From Desulfovibrio sp. (lineage in GTDB: Bacteria > Desulfobacterota > Desulfovibrionia > Desulfovibrionales > Desulfovibrionaceae): a stretch of DNA of 64,000 bases. The DNA is taken from positions 7,918 through 71,917 of the forward strand of contig JAFSVD010000033.1 of the NCBI GenBank assembly GCA_017450275.1, given 5' to 3'. The notes under the pieces were generated by a model, which was given only the letters and a program-made list of their open reading frames with translations, had not been told where the DNA came from and ran no database searches. The position numbers and the translations under genes are program-made. This document shows, in pieces, positions 19,614 to 29,482 of this stretch (positions are counted from its first letter, which is position 1; every line of letters begins with the position of its first letter).

Positions 19614-21636
19614 TTACAACAAGGGGTGTTCCCAATTGAAAAGGCCAGGCCGATCGGGGACAGTGAGCGATTGCGGTTTTGCCTGCATAATATGGGCAAA
19701 AAACGCATAGCCGGCATCAAGAAGCACGCCTTCTTTGCTGCGAAAATCGAGTGGCCAGGCCGGATAGATCCACACATTTTGCCCGTATTCCCGCACCCAA
19801 AATACTTCTCCCTTGGGACTGGTAAAGGGCGTATGCTGTTTCATCCCCAAAAGACCAAAGCGGCTGATCCCAACCGGAAAATAGCCATCCAGGACAAAAC
19901 CCAGGGGGGATGGGAGAGACCTTTGGCAAGGAGAGAATCGTCTCTTCACTCAATTCCGGACTGACAAAGGCTGCTTGAAAGCCCATATCTGCCAGTGCCT
20001 TGAGGCTGAGCGCGTTGGCCACATTGCAAAATGGCCCTGCCACAAGATCGCTCTCATCGTCCAATTGATCCGGGAAAAAGACCCGTTGCCAGGGCGCGTT
20101 GACAACAAAATGGCGACAGCCATCGCGCCAAAGCGCATGCACGAGAGCGGCTATTTTGGACGATTCATTGGGCCACACAACAGGCGGCAGCCACCAAGAC
20201 ACCCGTTTGGCCACGGTTTTTGATATACCAACAGTTTTTTTGGAGAGCCATAGGCCGAGCAGGGTGTGCTTTTGGGATCGATTTTGGCGGCCGAGCGGAA
20301 TTTGGTCGAGCAGGGTAATGTCGTATCTGCGCTTTGCAACACATCGTTTTGGCAGATGCAAAGAGGCAGTCACTGCTTTGGCTTCCACCCCAGGTATTTC
20401 CGCCAACTCTGTCCCCATCTTTTTCAGGCCAAGCACAACCTCTTTCTCTCGCCTGTCGATCAAATAGACCGGCGCCTTCGAAGGGGGCTTGGTCTTTCCC
20501 TGGAGCCGCAAGACGGTTCGTGTGCCTTGAGCAATAGGATGCTGCACAGCAAGCGTTTGATGCCATTTTTCCTCTTCAGAGCCTATGCGCAAAAAATCGT
20601 GGGCAGCGATATCGACCTTGGCGAGCAAGGCCATGCCTTCGTCACTGGCAACGAGTGTTCCGACAAAGAGGCCTGAACTTGTCTTGCCGCTTGGATCGGT
20701 CGGAACAAGCGGTTTGGTGGGATAGATGCGGGCATGGGTCGTGGGTCTGCCCAAAGCCATAGCCAAAAGGGTATTGGCTTCGACATGGGCTTTGGCGTCC
20801 TTGGGATAGTCGCGAAGCAGTCGATAGGCCTTGACAGTGTGGTAGACATAGTGCGGACCTTTTTTTCGCCCTTCGATCTTCCAAGAGTTGAGCTGGGGAA
20901 TCTGCAAGAGCTCTTGGGTCACTTCAGCCAACGATAAATCTTGACACGAAAAATAGGAGGAAGAAGCCCCTTGTTTGCCCTGCGCGCGCTCGGTTTTGGG
21001 GGCATACTGCAGAGAATAGCGTCTTCGACACGGCTGCACACAGCGTCCGCGCAAACCACTTTTTCCCCCCATATAGCTTGACCAATAACAGCGGCCTGAG
21101 ACGCAATAACACAAGGCGCCGTGGACAAAGAGTTCGAGCGTAAGATTTTCGGGACAGTGGGAGCCCATTGTGCGTATCTCATCGAGGGAAAGTTCTCTGG
21201 GAAGAATCACCCGATCAACCCCCATGGCCGCAAGAGAGGGCAAAATTTCTGGATGGGTTATGTTGGCAAGGGTTGAGAAAAAAAGCCCGCCGGAAAAACC
21301 CGTCTGCTGCACAAGATCCAGAAAGGCGAGATCCTGCACAATGATACCATCCAGAGGCAAGGTACGAAGACGTTCCAGGCAATGGAACGACTGGATCAGC
21401 TCATTGTGCTTGAGCATGGTATTTAAGGCGCAATACACCCGTGCTCCATGGGCATGGGCAAGGTCGATATGGCGAGAAAGTTCACGGAAGGAGAAATTCT
21501 CCGCCTCCATACGGGCGGAAAAGTTCTTGAGCCCCAGATACAGAGCATCAGCCCCTGCAGCCAAGGCAGCGCAGAATGCCTTGCTATCCCCTGCCGGCGC
21601 CAAAATTTCAGGATGGGAGAGAGGGATTGCGTTCAT
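19614..21636 (-). pseudogene. peptidase U32 family RNA-hydroxylation protein with one frameshift at a C6 run (19904-19909)
   Basis: PEILAPAG, FVHGALCYCVSGRC, RGRCVQPCR, KIEGR; removing one C joins SPIP to LGFVLDGYFPVGISRF of ORF 19614-19949. Confidence 0.82.
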
Positions 21637-21648
21637 CTATATTCTCTT

Positions 21649-23910
21649 TCAGAGGGAAGCGGGAGATGCAAGGGCTCTTTGGATCCTTGCAGCCAAATTT
21701 GTCTTGCGTCGAATAATGGCGTTATTGGTGATTGCCCGGTAAAACGCGTTTTTTTCGCCCACCAGAACCACCAATTTCTTTCCTCGGGTGATGGCGGTGT
21801 AGAGCAAATTGCGCTGCAGCATCCACCAATGACAGTTCATGATGGGAATGACCACCGCTGGATATTCCGATCCTTGGGACTTATGGATCGAAATCGTATA
21901 GGCAACCACCAAATCGTCCAATTCTTCAAACGTATAGGGTACTATGAGATCGTCAAAGACGACTTGAAGCGTGGCATTCTTCGTATCGATTTCCGTGATG
22001 GTTCCGATATCGCCATTAAAAACCTTTTTCTCGTAGTCATTGCGCAATTGCATGACTTTGTCGCGCACCTTGAAGGTCTGTTTGCCCCGCACATAGGCTT
22101 GGCCATTGGGATTGAGCGCTGCCTGGAGCGCGTTGTTCAAGGCTTTAATCCCAACAGCCCCTCCGTGCATGGGGCTGAGAACCTGAATATCGTTCATGGT
22201 ATAGTGATAATAATTGGGCAGGCGGCGTTTCACAAGATCGGTGATTGTCTGTGCTGCTTGTTCAGGATCCCCTTCGTTCATGAAATAAAAATCGTTTTTT
22301 GGTTGAGGATCGTTCGCAAAATCGGGAATACGCCCCTGATTGATCATATGCGCGTAGCGGACAATAGCACTTTCTTCTGATTGACGGAAAATCTTGGTCA
22401 GTTTGATGATAGAAACAGATTTTGAAGCAATGATATCGGAAAGCACCGCGCCAGGCCCCACCGACGGAAGTTGGTCAACATCCCCAACCAGGATGAGCGT
22501 ACAGCCCAAAGGGACGGCACGAACCAGATGATGGAATAAGACAAGATCGATCATAGAGGCTTCATCAACGATGAGAACGTCACAGCTCAGATCTCTCCCA
22601 CCGCCAGAATCCCAGCCTAAATTGATTTCTGCCATTTCAAGCAGTCGATGGATCGTCTTTGCCTCATGGCCGGTTGTTTCCTGCATGCGTCTGGCCGCAC
22701 GACCTGTGGGCGCAGCAAGATCGATTTTCGCGTTTTTACTGGCAAAGAGCGCGATAATGGCCTTAATGATCGTGGTCTTGCCAGTGCCAGGACCTCCAGT
22801 AATAACAAGCATCTTGGATTCAGCGGCCATGCGCACCGCTTCTTGTTGCTCAAAGGCCAATTCAAGCGAAAAGGTGTGCAGGATATCCAAGGCAGCTTTG
22901 GCGGGATCGTCAAACTGTATGGATTTCGGTGCCACCAGAATTTTTTGTATCTGTTCAGCTGCCTCAGTTTCAAAAGCATGAAAACGGGCAGGGTAGATAG
23001 CCTGACCCGAGGGCGAATCCGCATCATCGACGTCATCGACAACCACTTGCTCAGCAGATGTCAGCTCTGAAAGCAAGACAGAAAAAAGCGTTGCATCAAC
23101 CGGAGCATATTGGTTGAGCCGGGTTGAGACCTCTTCCTTGATCATGTAGACATTGCCCGCTTCAAGCCCGTATTCAAGCACAGCCAAAAGCGCTGCTTTG
23201 ACGCGAAGGGGATGGTCTTTAGCAAAACCAAGACTCTGGGCAATCATGTCAGCAGTGTCGAAGCTGATGCCTCGGACTTTGAGGCAAAGGCAATAGGGAT
23301 TGGCACAAATCTCTTCTTTCGCCGTTGTTCCAAGAACGCGAAGGATGCGGGCGCAGGTACCTGCACTGAGACCAAAGGGAAAGAGAAAAAGGGAGAGATC
23401 TCTGTGGAGGGTGTGTGCAGCCCAGGATTCGCGTATTTTGGTGTAATTCCTCTTCCCAAGCCCCTTGACCTCAAGCAGGCGTTCAGGCTGGGTATCCAAG
23501 ACAGTGATGGTGGATTCCCCAAAATGCTCGGCAATGCGCTTGGCCAAAACGTCGCCAAGCCCTGGAATGACGCCGCTTGAGAGGTATTCCGTGATCCCAT
23601 CAAGCGAGGTCGGATAGATTTCCGTGCTTTCGCAAAAGTGGAATTGATCCCCGTATTTGGGATGGCTTATCCACTTCCCTTGGAAGCGAAGATGGGAGCC
23701 AATGCGGGGGGCAACCAAGACTCCCACACAGGTAAAGGTCTTTTTTTGCGGACGGAGTCGATCTTTCCACTGGTTTAGGCTGACGGGATCCGGAAGAAGG
23801 CTGAGAACTGCATAGGCTGTTTCCTCGTTGTAAAAGACAATCCGTTCAAGGATCCCTGACAGCGTCTCATGAGCTGCCTCTGGCACAGCGTCGTTTGGTC
23901 TTTGTGACAT
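21649..23910 (-). CDS. recD2: RecD2-like SF1B helicase
   Basis: ITGGPGTGKTT, AAPTGRAARR, TIHRLL, VDEASM, LVGDVDQLPSVG, YTISIHKSQGSE. Confidence 0.94.
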   Translation of the reverse strand: MSQRPNDAVPEAAHETLSGILERIVFYNEETAYAVLSLLPDPVSLNQWKDRLRPQKKTFTCVGVLVAPRIGSHLRFQGKWISHPKYGDQFHFCESTEIYPTSLDGITEYLSSGVIPGLGDVLAKRIAEHFGESTITVLDTQPERLLEVKGLGKRNYTKIRESWAAHTLHRDLSLFLFPFGLSAGTCARILRVLGTTAKEEICANPYCLCLKVRGISFDTADMIAQSLGFAKDHPLRVKAALLAVLEYGLEAGNVYMIKEEVSTRLNQYAPVDATLFSVLLSELTSAEQVVVDDVDDADSPSGQAIYPARFHAFETEAAEQIQKILVAPKSIQFDDPAKAALDILHTFSLELAFEQQEAVRMAAESKMLVITGGPGTGKTTIIKAIIALFASKNAKIDLAAPTGRAARRMQETTGHEAKTIHRLLEMAEINLGWDSGGGRDLSCDVLIVDEASMIDLVLFHHLVRAVPLGCTLILVGDVDQLPSVGPGAVLSDIIASKSVSIIKLTKIFRQSEESAIVRYAHMINQGRIPDFANDPQPKNDFYFMNEGDPEQAAQTITDLVKRRLPNYYHYTMNDIQVLSPMHGGAVGIKALNNALQAALNPNGQAYVRGKQTFKVRDKVMQLRNDYEKKVFNGDIGTITEIDTKNATLQVVFDDLIVPYTFEELDDLVVAYTISIHKSQGSEYPAVVIPIMNCHWWMLQRNLLYTAITRGKKLVVLVGEKNAFYRAITNNAIIRRKTNLAARIQRALASPASL

Positions 23911-23916
23911 AGACAA

Positions 23917-25005
23917 TTACAGGCTGTTTTGGACGTGTTCGTGCACAAGCAAGGCATCACACAAAGCGATCTGGGTCATGGCTTTCAGCACAGGAACAAT
24001 TCGTGGAATTGCCGACAAATCGTGACGTCCGCCAATGGTTATCGTACAGGGATTGCCGTCGATATCGATGGTTTGTTGGGGCTTTGGGATCGAAGCAATG
24101 GGTTTGACAGCGCAACGCACAACAATATCCTGCCCTGTTGAGATGCCGCCAACAATGCCCCCAGCATGATTGGATGCAAAACGGACGCCTGAATCTTGGG
24201 TGGGCGGAAGCAGACTGTCGTTGTTGGCGCTGCCGCAAAGATCCGCAGCCCCAAAGCCTTCGCCGATTTCAACCCCTTTCACCGCCCCCACACTCATAAG
24301 AGCATGGGCGAGAGTGGCTGAGAGCTTATCAAAAACCGGCTCCCCCAAGCCAGCAGGAACGCCTTTGGCCTCAATTTGCACAACACCACCCAGGGTTTCA
24401 TGCTGTTGTCGGGCATCGTGCACACACTGATCCCAAAGGGGAATGACATCGGAAGAAGCCGCAAAATACTTGCGACCGAGACTGCCTGCACAATCCCGAT
24501 CCTTTGGCGCAATCCAAATTCCCCCAAGGGCAATACTTGCAGCAAAAACGCGTATGCCATGCTGCTGTAAAATAAGACCAGCCACAGCTCCTGCAGCGAC
24601 ACGAGCGGCTGTTTCACGCCCTGATGCTCTGCCTCCACCCCGATAGTCCCGAAAGCCATGGTATTTTTGATGGTAGGACCAATCGGCATGGCTTGGGCGA
24701 AACACCCTGGCGAGTTCGTCGTAGTCGTTGGAGTGCTGGTTGGTGTTTTCAATGAGAAAGGCGAGGGCAGTGCCCGTGGTATGACCTTGAAACAAGCCCG
24801 ATTGCACCCGAATACGGTCTGCCTCCTTGCGTGGTGATTGCGTATCGCCACCGCCTGGCTTTCGAAGATCAAGGTCTTTTTGGATGTCGGCTTCGGTTAA
24901 GGCTATGCCCGCAGGAACCCCCTCGATAATGCCTCCGATTGAAGGGCCGTGGGATTCCCCATAGGTTGTGAGACGAAAAAGCGTGCCAAAGGAATTTCCA
25001 GCCAT
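23917..25005 (-). CDS. aroC: chorismate synthase
   Basis: GESHG, RPSHAD, RGGGRASGRETA, GGISTG, GRHD. Confidence 0.97.
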   Translation of the reverse strand: MAGNSFGTLFRLTTYGESHGPSIGGIIEGVPAGIALTEADIQKDLDLRKPGGGDTQSPRKEADRIRVQSGLFQGHTTGTALAFLIENTNQHSNDYDELARVFRPSHADWSYHQKYHGFRDYRGGGRASGRETAARVAAGAVAGLILQQHGIRVFAASIALGGIWIAPKDRDCAGSLGRKYFAASSDVIPLWDQCVHDARQQHETLGGVVQIEAKGVPAGLGEPVFDKLSATLAHALMSVGAVKGVEIGEGFGAADLCGSANNDSLLPPTQDSGVRFASNHAGGIVGGISTGQDIVVRCAVKPIASIPKPQQTIDIDGNPCTITIGGRHDLSAIPRIVPVLKAMTQIALCDALLVHEHVQNSL

Positions 25006-25105
25006 AGAGCATCTCGACAGGACAAAAGGATGAGAACAGATACATAAACGAAAAGAGTGACCTTCGTCAGATCACTCTTCCAAAAAATGCCCTAAAAAAC
25101 AAGAC

Positions 25106-26278
25106 TTAGATCTTCGCCGCTGTCTGCAAATCACGAACAGCGTCGGTCTTCTCCCACGTAAACTCCGGCAATTCCTTGCCAAAGTGCCCGTAGCAGGCTG
25201 TCTTTGTATAGATGGGGCGCTTTAAATCAAGTCTTTTGGAAATAAAATACGGACGCAGATCAAACACCTCGCGAACAGCCTTGGTCAAAATCTCATCGCT
25301 GAGAGAACTGGTTCCATCCGATGACACCAAGACACTCACAGGCTCGGCCATGCCGATACAATAGGCAATCTGCACCTCACACACCGGCGCAAGTCCCGCT
25401 GCCACGACATTTTTCGCAATATACCGTCCCATGTAGGCGCCTGAACGATCGACCTTGGAGGGGTCTTTGCCAGAAAAAGCGCCACCGCCGTGATGGCCAC
25501 TGCCGCCATAGGTGTCCTGAATAATTTTGCGACCGGTCAGCCCGCAGTCGCCCATAGGCCCACCAACGACAAAACGTCCGGTTGTATTGATAAATATCTT
25601 ACAATCTTTGGGATCGAAGAAGCCGGACGGCTCTAAAATCGGGGCAATAACGTGTGTCTTGACCGCTTCGACGACATCCTCATGGCTCGCTGATGCGGCA
25701 TGTTGGGTGGAAACAACCACATCGTGGATACGAACGGGTTTGCCGTCATGGTATTCAAAGGAAACTTGGGTTTTGCCATCGGGACGGAAAAAGGGGACAA
25801 TACCCTCCTTCCGAACCATCGCCAAGCGTTGGGAGAGCTGGTGCGCCCAGTAAATAGGGGCAGGCATCAATGTCTTTGTCTCCGAACACGCATAGCCAAA
25901 CATCATACCTTGATCTCCAGCTCCCTGTTGTTCTGGTGTTTCACGTGAAACACCCTGGGCAATGTCTGGAGATTGATGATCAATGGAGGAGATAACCGCG
26001 CACGTCTGCCAATCAAACCCCATATCGGAACCCGTATAGCCAATATCTCGTATGGTTTCACGGACAACGGCGGGCAGATCAGCGTACCCTGTGGTTGAAA
26101 TTTCCCCGGCAATAACAGCCATTCCCGTGGTCACCATGGTTTCGCAGGCCACATGGGCATCAGGGTCTTGTTGCAAGAGGGTGTCTAAAACCGCATCAGA
26201 GATCTGATCCGCAACTTTATCTGGATGACCTTCCGTGACGCTCTCAGAGGTAAAAAAGTACTTCCCTTTTGGCAGCAT
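25106..26278 (-). CDS. metK: S-adenosylmethionine synthetase
   Basis: [42 protein letters not shown]. Confidence 0.98.
   Translation of the reverse strand: MLPKGKYFFTSESVTEGHPDKVADQISDAVLDTLLQQDPDAHVACETMVTTGMAVIAGEISTTGYADLPAVVRETIRDIGYTGSDMGFDWQTCAVISSIDHQSPDIAQGVSRETPEQQGAGDQGMMFGYACSETKTLMPAPIYWAHQLSQRLAMVRKEGIVPFFRPDGKTQVSFEYHDGKPVRIHDVVVSTQHAASASHEDVVEAVKTHVIAPILEPSGFFDPKDCKIFINTTGRFVVGGPMGDCGLTGRKIIQDTYGGSGHHGGGAFSGKDPSKVDRSGAYMGRYIAKNVVAAGLAPVCEVQIAYCIGMAEPVSVLVSSDGTSSLSDEILTKAVREVFDLRPYFISKRLDLKRPIYTKTACYGHFGKELPEFTWEKTDAVRDLQTAAKI
25937..25952. promoter_or_regulatory. parS site inside metK
   Basis: TGTTTCACGTGAAACA (encodes VSRET). Confidence 0.85.
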
Positions 26279-26300
26279 GAAAACTCCTTCCACCTGCTCG

Positions 26301-27149
26301 CTAGCAGGAGAGTAGAATGTTATCAATAAGACGTGCTTTCCCAAGACGAACAGCACAAGCCATAAGAGCACGGTCTTCGATCGTCTCAAGCGATTCAAGC
26401 GATACAGGATCAACGACAGCGAGATAGTCAAGGCGTCCGAGGGGGATTTCCTGCGCCCACTTTTTGAGCACACGCTCACGCAGTCTGGGTACGGAGCGTT
26501 CGCCCGATTGCACCACATCCTTCGCAAAAAGGAGTCCCTCATATATCTTCGGTGCCTGTGCACGCTCCTCGGGGCTCAAATAGACATTTCTGGAAGAGAG
26601 AGCCAGGCCATCGGCTTCACGAACAGTTGGTCTCGTATGCAGATGAATAGGAACATTCAAATCGCGCACCATTCGTTGTAAAATGGCCTGCTGCTGCCAA
26701 TCCTTTTGCCCAAAGACAGCATCAGTCGCGCAACTTATATGAAAAAGCTTCAGGACAACCGTACACACTCCCCGAAAATGGATAGGGCGTGAGACGCCGC
26801 ACAGTACCTTGCTCATTGTCGGCACTTCAACCCATGTAGCGTGATCGTCACAGTACATATCCTTGGGCTCTGGCATAAAGAGCAGGTCACAGCCATGTTT
26901 TTCGGCGATGGCGCTATCGCGGGCATGGTCACGGGGGTAATTGGCTAAATCTTCTGTTGGGCCAAATTGGGTAGGATTCACAAAGAGACTGACAACAAGG
27001 TGGTCGCAAAGAGTGCGTCCGTAAGCCATAAGGTCTTCATGGCCTGCATGATAATAGCCCATGGTGGGAACAAGACAGATCGTCTCACCCAGGCTGCGCC
27101 ACTTCTGACACTTGGCCTGCACATCAGAGGGAGTTTTCAGTATTTCCAT
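26301..27149 (-). CDS. panC: pantoate--beta-alanine ligase
   Basis: [40 protein letters not shown]. Confidence 0.97.
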   Translation of the reverse strand: MEILKTPSDVQAKCQKWRSLGETICLVPTMGYYHAGHEDLMAYGRTLCDHLVVSLFVNPTQFGPTEDLANYPRDHARDSAIAEKHGCDLLFMPEPKDMYCDDHATWVEVPTMSKVLCGVSRPIHFRGVCTVVLKLFHISCATDAVFGQKDWQQQAILQRMVRDLNVPIHLHTRPTVREADGLALSSRNVYLSPEERAQAPKIYEGLLFAKDVVQSGERSVPRLRERVLKKWAQEIPLGRLDYLAVVDPVSLESLETIEDRALMACAVRLGKARLIDNILLSC

Positions 27150-27230
27150 ACGCTCAAGTAAGAATTCCCACAAAGCGGTGTTTTTGTGGCAAAAAGAGGA
27201 AAAAGGTGGAAAAGCATCGCTCTTTTCCAC

Positions 27231-27272
27231 CTACTGGTCTATTTTATAGAATATGAATGAAATGGGACACTA
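27231..27272 (-). repeat. 42-bp minimal (empty) copy of the 989-1472 element
   Basis: reverse complement TAGTGTCCCATTTCATTCATATTCTATAAAATAGACCAGTAG. Confidence 0.75.
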
Positions 27273-27299
27273 GCAATCACGCAATCAAGAGTGTCTTTG

Positions 27300-28163
27300 T
27301 TATTCTTCAGCACTCAGCTGAATACGCGAATAGCCAAGCACAGTGATAGTGTCGTTGATCTGTTTCGCTGTTTCTTTGATCACATCACTGACCGGTTTCT
27401 TCTCTTCACGAATATAGGGTTGGTCGAGCAGACACACCGATTTCTTAAATTTCTGGACAGCGCCCTCGGCAATCTTCGTGACGATCTGTTCGGGTTTCCC
27501 CTCAGCGCGGGCTTTTTCGATATAGACCTCGCGCTCACGTTCAATGGCTTTGGGATCAACACCATTGGCATCAACAGCCATGGGATTGGTCGCGGCAACC
27601 TGCATGGCGAGTTCACGCAACAGGGTTTGCACCGGCTCTTTCCCGGCATTGGCCGCATCGCCCAGTTTCGCCCACACCAAGACACCAATTTTGCCATTGG
27701 CATGGATATAGGTGCCAACAACTTCAGCCTCGGATGCCTTGGCATGGCGGGCAAAGGCTCCGATCTTCATATTCTCCCCAATGGTCGCAATCAGCTGCTT
27801 CACGGTATCGCCAGCCAATTCCTCAAGGGCTTGTGCATCCTTGGGATCTTTGTCCACAACCAATTGGGCAATATTTTTGGCCTCTTCCTGGAATTTTTCG
27901 CCCCGCGCAACAAAGTCTGTTTCACACGATAACGATGCCAGAGCAGTGACCTTGCCATCAGCCGAAGAAGCAACGCACACAAGACCTTCAGCTGTCGCAC
28001 GACCGGACTTGGTTGCGGCTTTTGCCATGCCTTTTTGGCGCAGCCAGTCAACAGCCTTTTCCGGATCACCGTCAACAGCCACAAGGGCTTTTTTACAATC
28101 CATCATCCCTGCGCCGGTTTTTTCGCGCAATTCCTTGACCATTTGAGCTGTAATAGCAGCCAT
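27300..28163 (-). CDS. tsf: elongation factor Ts
   Basis: VKELREKTGAGMMDCKKAL, CETDFVA. Confidence 0.98.
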   Translation of the reverse strand: MAAITAQMVKELREKTGAGMMDCKKALVAVDGDPEKAVDWLRQKGMAKAATKSGRATAEGLVCVASSADGKVTALASLSCETDFVARGEKFQEEAKNIAQLVVDKDPKDAQALEELAGDTVKQLIATIGENMKIGAFARHAKASEAEVVGTYIHANGKIGVLVWAKLGDAANAGKEPVQTLLRELAMQVAATNPMAVDANGVDPKAIEREREVYIEKARAEGKPEQIVTKIAEGAVQKFKKSVCLLDQPYIREEKKPVSDVIKETAKQINDTITVLGYSRIQLSAEE

Positions 28164-28201
28164 ATCTTCCCCTTCGTAAAATATCACACCAACGAAAAAA
28201 A

Positions 28202-28960
28202 CTACTCAGCGCTTTCGCTCTTTGTATCTTGATTGGCGATCTTGGCAAGCTCTTCTTCGGCATTCTCGCCATCCTTGTTCATCGCTTCCCCTTCCAGGCA
28301 GGCTTCAGCAAAGGAACCCACAAAGAGTTTAATGGCTCGAATGGCGTCATCGTTCCCGGGGATAATATAATCGATATTGTCAGGATCGCAGTTCGTATCG
28401 GTTATGGCCACAATCGGAATACCTAATTTCCGGCATTCGCGCACAGCGATATCTTCACGGTTGGGATCAATGATAAACGCCAACTGGGGAAGGCGTTCCA
28501 TGCTCTTGATACCACCCAGGGTTTCTTCAAGCTTGTTCTTTTCGCGTTCAAGAAGAAGGATTTCCTTCTTCTGGTATTTATTGATACTGCCATCGGCAAA
28601 CATGGATTCGAGTTTCTTCAGGCGATCGATGCTTTTTTGGATGGTGACAAAGTTGGTCAAGGTTCCACCCATCCAGCGATTGGCCACATAGTATTGCCCG
28701 GCACGGGAGGCTTCAGCAGCAATCGTTTCTTGCGCTTGCCGTTTTGTACCAATAAAAAGAATCTTGCCACCCTTGGCAACGGTATCGACAACCGCATCAT
28801 AGGCCTGACGAAAGAGTTTCACCGTCTGCTGCAGGTCGATAATATGGATGCCGTTGCGCGCCCCAAAGATAAAGGGACGCATTTTCGGATTCCAACGACG
28901 GGTTTGATGCCCAAAATGGACACCGGTTTCAAGCATTTGCTTCATTGTAACATAGGCCAT
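28202..28960 (-). CDS. rpsB: 30S ribosomal protein S2
   Basis: [25 protein letters not shown]. Confidence 0.98.
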   Translation of the reverse strand: MAYVTMKQMLETGVHFGHQTRRWNPKMRPFIFGARNGIHIIDLQQTVKLFRQAYDAVVDTVAKGGKILFIGTKRQAQETIAAEASRAGQYYVANRWMGGTLTNFVTIQKSIDRLKKLESMFADGSINKYQKKEILLLEREKNKLEETLGGIKSMERLPQLAFIIDPNREDIAVRECRKLGIPIVAITDTNCDPDNIDYIIPGNDDAIRAIKLFVGSFAEACLEGEAMNKDGENAEEELAKIANQDTKSESAE

Positions 28961-28974
28961 GAGAACATTCCTCC

Positions 28975-29035
28975 ATTGGGTTACACCTCCATTGCGCCCA
29001 TTGAAAGCACCCAAGGGATGCGCAATGTGTGAGAT
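28975..29035 (-). promoter_or_regulatory. rpsB leader structure (S2 autoregulation-type)
   Basis: CACAC ATTGCGC..GCGCAAT GGAGGTGTAACC hairpin in the rpsB 5' leader. Confidence 0.6.
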
Positions 29036-29426
29036 GAAAACGATATTTCTCCTAAGCAAAAAAAGGATATTTACTATACACCTTTTCCCCCAAAAAAGCA
29101 AGCATTTTTATAGCACAACAAAATAGTTTCGAGGCACAACGCAGAAAGACGTCTTTCGACGATTTTCCCTCTTTGACAAGCACCATGCCCATCAAAACTT
29201 TTTGACAAAGTTCTGGATAGCTACGAGTAAAACACCCTGAGAGACTTTTGACAAAAGCGCTCTTCTAGGGTATTGAGATACATTGACAAAAGAAAGAAAC
29301 GATTACTCCAAACATTCTGTACACAAAACCATACGATCGCCAACAATCACCTTTTTTGCTACTCCGTTTTGTATAGACATTCCCTTCTGCTTCCTTTTAA
29401 ATAGACAACAGGCAACAGGATAACAG

Positions 29427-29442
29427 CGTTTCACGTGAAACA
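29427..29442. promoter_or_regulatory. parS site
   Basis: CGTTTCACGTGAAACA, one mismatch. Confidence 0.88.
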
Positions 29443-29482
29443 TTGACGACCAAGATACATCTATAGAAAGGATTCGATACCC

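Noticed and set aside
15708-23910. PHP-UvrD, methyltransferase, U32 and RecD2 as a defence island
   Set aside because: All are housekeeping repair or RNA-modification families with host-like composition, continuous with aroC.
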